A stretch of DNA of 63,767 nucleotides, the filler included, from Octopus bimaculoides (Eukaryota), in the NCBI RefSeq assembly GCF_001194135.2. It is 4 parts of 4 records of this genome, joined end to end, with 100 filler letters (N's around TTAATTAATTAA, not from the genome) between each part and the next. Parts side by side here need not be neighbours in the genome. Positions count along the whole stretch, not along the records: positions 49,918 to 63,767 come from NC_068983.1; 3 more parts are not named here. One strand, 5' to 3'. A program made the position numbers and the translations under genes. Below are positions 62,191-63,767 of this stretch, piece after piece; within the stretch, counting starts at the first letter, position 1, and each line of letters begins with the position of its first letter. The notes under the pieces are model-generated. The model ran no database searches. It had not been told where the DNA came from and was given only the letters and a program-made list of their open reading frames with translations.

Positions 62191-62912
62191 NNNNNNNNNN
62201 NNNNNNNNNNNNNNNNNNNNNNNNNNNNNNNNNNNNNNNNNNNNNNNNNNNNNNNNNNNNNNNNNNNNNNNNNNNNNNNNNNNNNNNNNNNNNNNNNNNN
62301 NNNNNNNNNNNNNNNNNNNNNNNNNNNNNNNNNNNNNNNNNNNNNNNNNNNNNNNNNNNNNNNNNNNNNNNNNNNNNNNNNNNNNNNNNNNNNNNNNNNN
62401 NNNNNNNNNNNNNNNNNNNNNNNNNNNNNNNNNNNNNNNNNNNNNNNNNNNNNNNNNNNNNNNNNNNNNNNNNNNNNNNNNNNNNNNNNNNNNNNNNNNN
62501 NNNNNNNNNNNNNNNNNNNNNNNNNNNNNNNNNNNNNNNNNNNNNNNNNNNNNNNNNNNNNNNNNNNNNNNNNNNNNNNNNNNNNNNNNNNNNNNNNNNN
62601 NNNNNNNNNNNNNNNNNNNNNNNNNNNNNNNNNNNNNNNNNNNNNNNNNNNNNNNNNNNNNNNNNNNNNNNNNNNNNNNNNNNNNNNNNNNNNNNNNNNN
62701 NNNNNNNNNNNNNNNNNNNNNNNNNTCCTCAAAAGTATCTAACTAATGTAATATAAATAAAAACTTTTCTCTTAACTTTTAACGTATACATATAAAAACG
62801 CACACAATTAAAATAGACATAAATATCCCCATAAATACATACATTTATATAATAGTAACACACTTGTATACACTCATACAAATATACATATTCACATATA
62901 TATATATATATA

Positions 62913-62980
<68 letters not shown>

Positions 62981-62987
<7 letters not shown>

Positions 62988-63412
62988 AATTACGATAAAC
63001 AAGTAAACGAAGTTTGCTTTTAAAACCGTTCAGATGTCTTAGAAAGTTAAAGAAGTGATTTTTAAATTCTCAAACGCAGTATAATGCTAATAATATAGCC
63101 TGAACAGGATAAAATACTCCTAATTTGCAGAAAAACGTGTTGGCAGCCAGCTATGAGACTCGAACTCACACATCCGTTATAACGCGTCGCGCTGCCCTTA
63201 GACCGATTAAGCTAAACTGCCACACCACACATACTTCTGCAAATTTAAGATGTATAGAAATGTTGTTTTATGAGACGCTATTTATATTAAATTCAAATTA
63301 CGATAAACGTAAACAAACAAACGAAGAACCGTTGAGATGTCTTAGAAAGTTAAAGATATTTTTGAATTCTCAAGCGCAGGATAATGCTAATAATATAGGC
63401 TGAACAGGATAA
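62981..63412. repeat. Two diverged ~130-bp direct repeats (62981-63112, 63289-63412; period 308) bracketing the tRNA-like unit
   Basis: Shared AAATTACGATAAAC..GATGTCTTAGAAAGTTAAAG..TAATGCTAATAATATAG.CTGAACAGGATAA; (TA)n on both outer sides. Confidence 0.8.
63141..63221 (-). tRNA. tRNA-like Pol III unit / tRNA pseudogene (possibly Ile-TAT derived)
   Basis: GGCAGTTTAGCTTAATCGGTCTAAGG..GTTATAA..GTGAGTTCGAGTCTCAT..GGCTGCCA: A-box, B-box/T-arm and acceptor-stem pairing, with a T5 run 5 nt downstream. The anticodon arm is non-canonical. Confidence 0.45.
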
Positions 63413-63767
63413 GCTACCCCTATATATATATATATATATTTCGTATGTGTATTTCGTGTGCAAGATTCTTGATGTGGATACGTGTGTTGAAAAAAATACA
63501 ATTAAACCTTGGGAGAGGCATTATGCCGGTAATAAACACACGCACTGGTTCAGTCCTTTATTGATTTATATAGTTTTTTGTTAAATTATTTCATTGCACT
63601 CTTGCAATCTCTTCAGTAACTTGTCTCTACACTTACATTTATTTTGAATGTATGATCTGGCGTTGTTTTGGCGTTGTTTCGAAACTGTTGGGTATGAGCA
63701 TGTGAGTGTGCAAGCTCGTATGTGTGCACGCTCATTTGTGTGCACGCACTTATGTGTTCGTGCTTAT

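Overview
AT-rich, gap- and microsatellite-laden eukaryotic genomic DNA. The SINE families, R4/Dong, RTE and Penelope remnants and the repeat density suggest an octopus (inference, not verified). Two conserved genes are recognisable, arranged head-to-head about 2.1 kb apart. NELF-A (minus strand) has 7 coding exons from 43846 to 33326, and SRP72 (plus strand) has 4 coding exons from 45974 to 49410. All exons have GT-AG boundaries and compatible phases. Both genes stop abruptly near artificial 100-bp scaffold spacers (44N-TTAATTAATTAA-44N at 32590-32689 and 49818-49917), and I could not find their 3' exons in the window. The rest is transposon debris: three tRNA-derived SINE families, Tc1 and DD37D/maT fossils, hAT and Tc1 MITEs, and CR1-, RTE-, R4/Dong- and Penelope-like fragments. 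The most interesting unexplained signals are minimal hammerhead-ribozyme-like motifs (one sense-oriented in NELF-A intron 2), a tRNA-like Pol III unit between direct repeats, a (TTAGGG)5 tract truncating a SINE, a SINE-in-SINE-in-LINE with intact TSDs, and several orphan exon-like islands. I found no convincing wholly new multi-gene system. Almost all ORF-track entries are artefacts of N runs, microsatellites or repeats.
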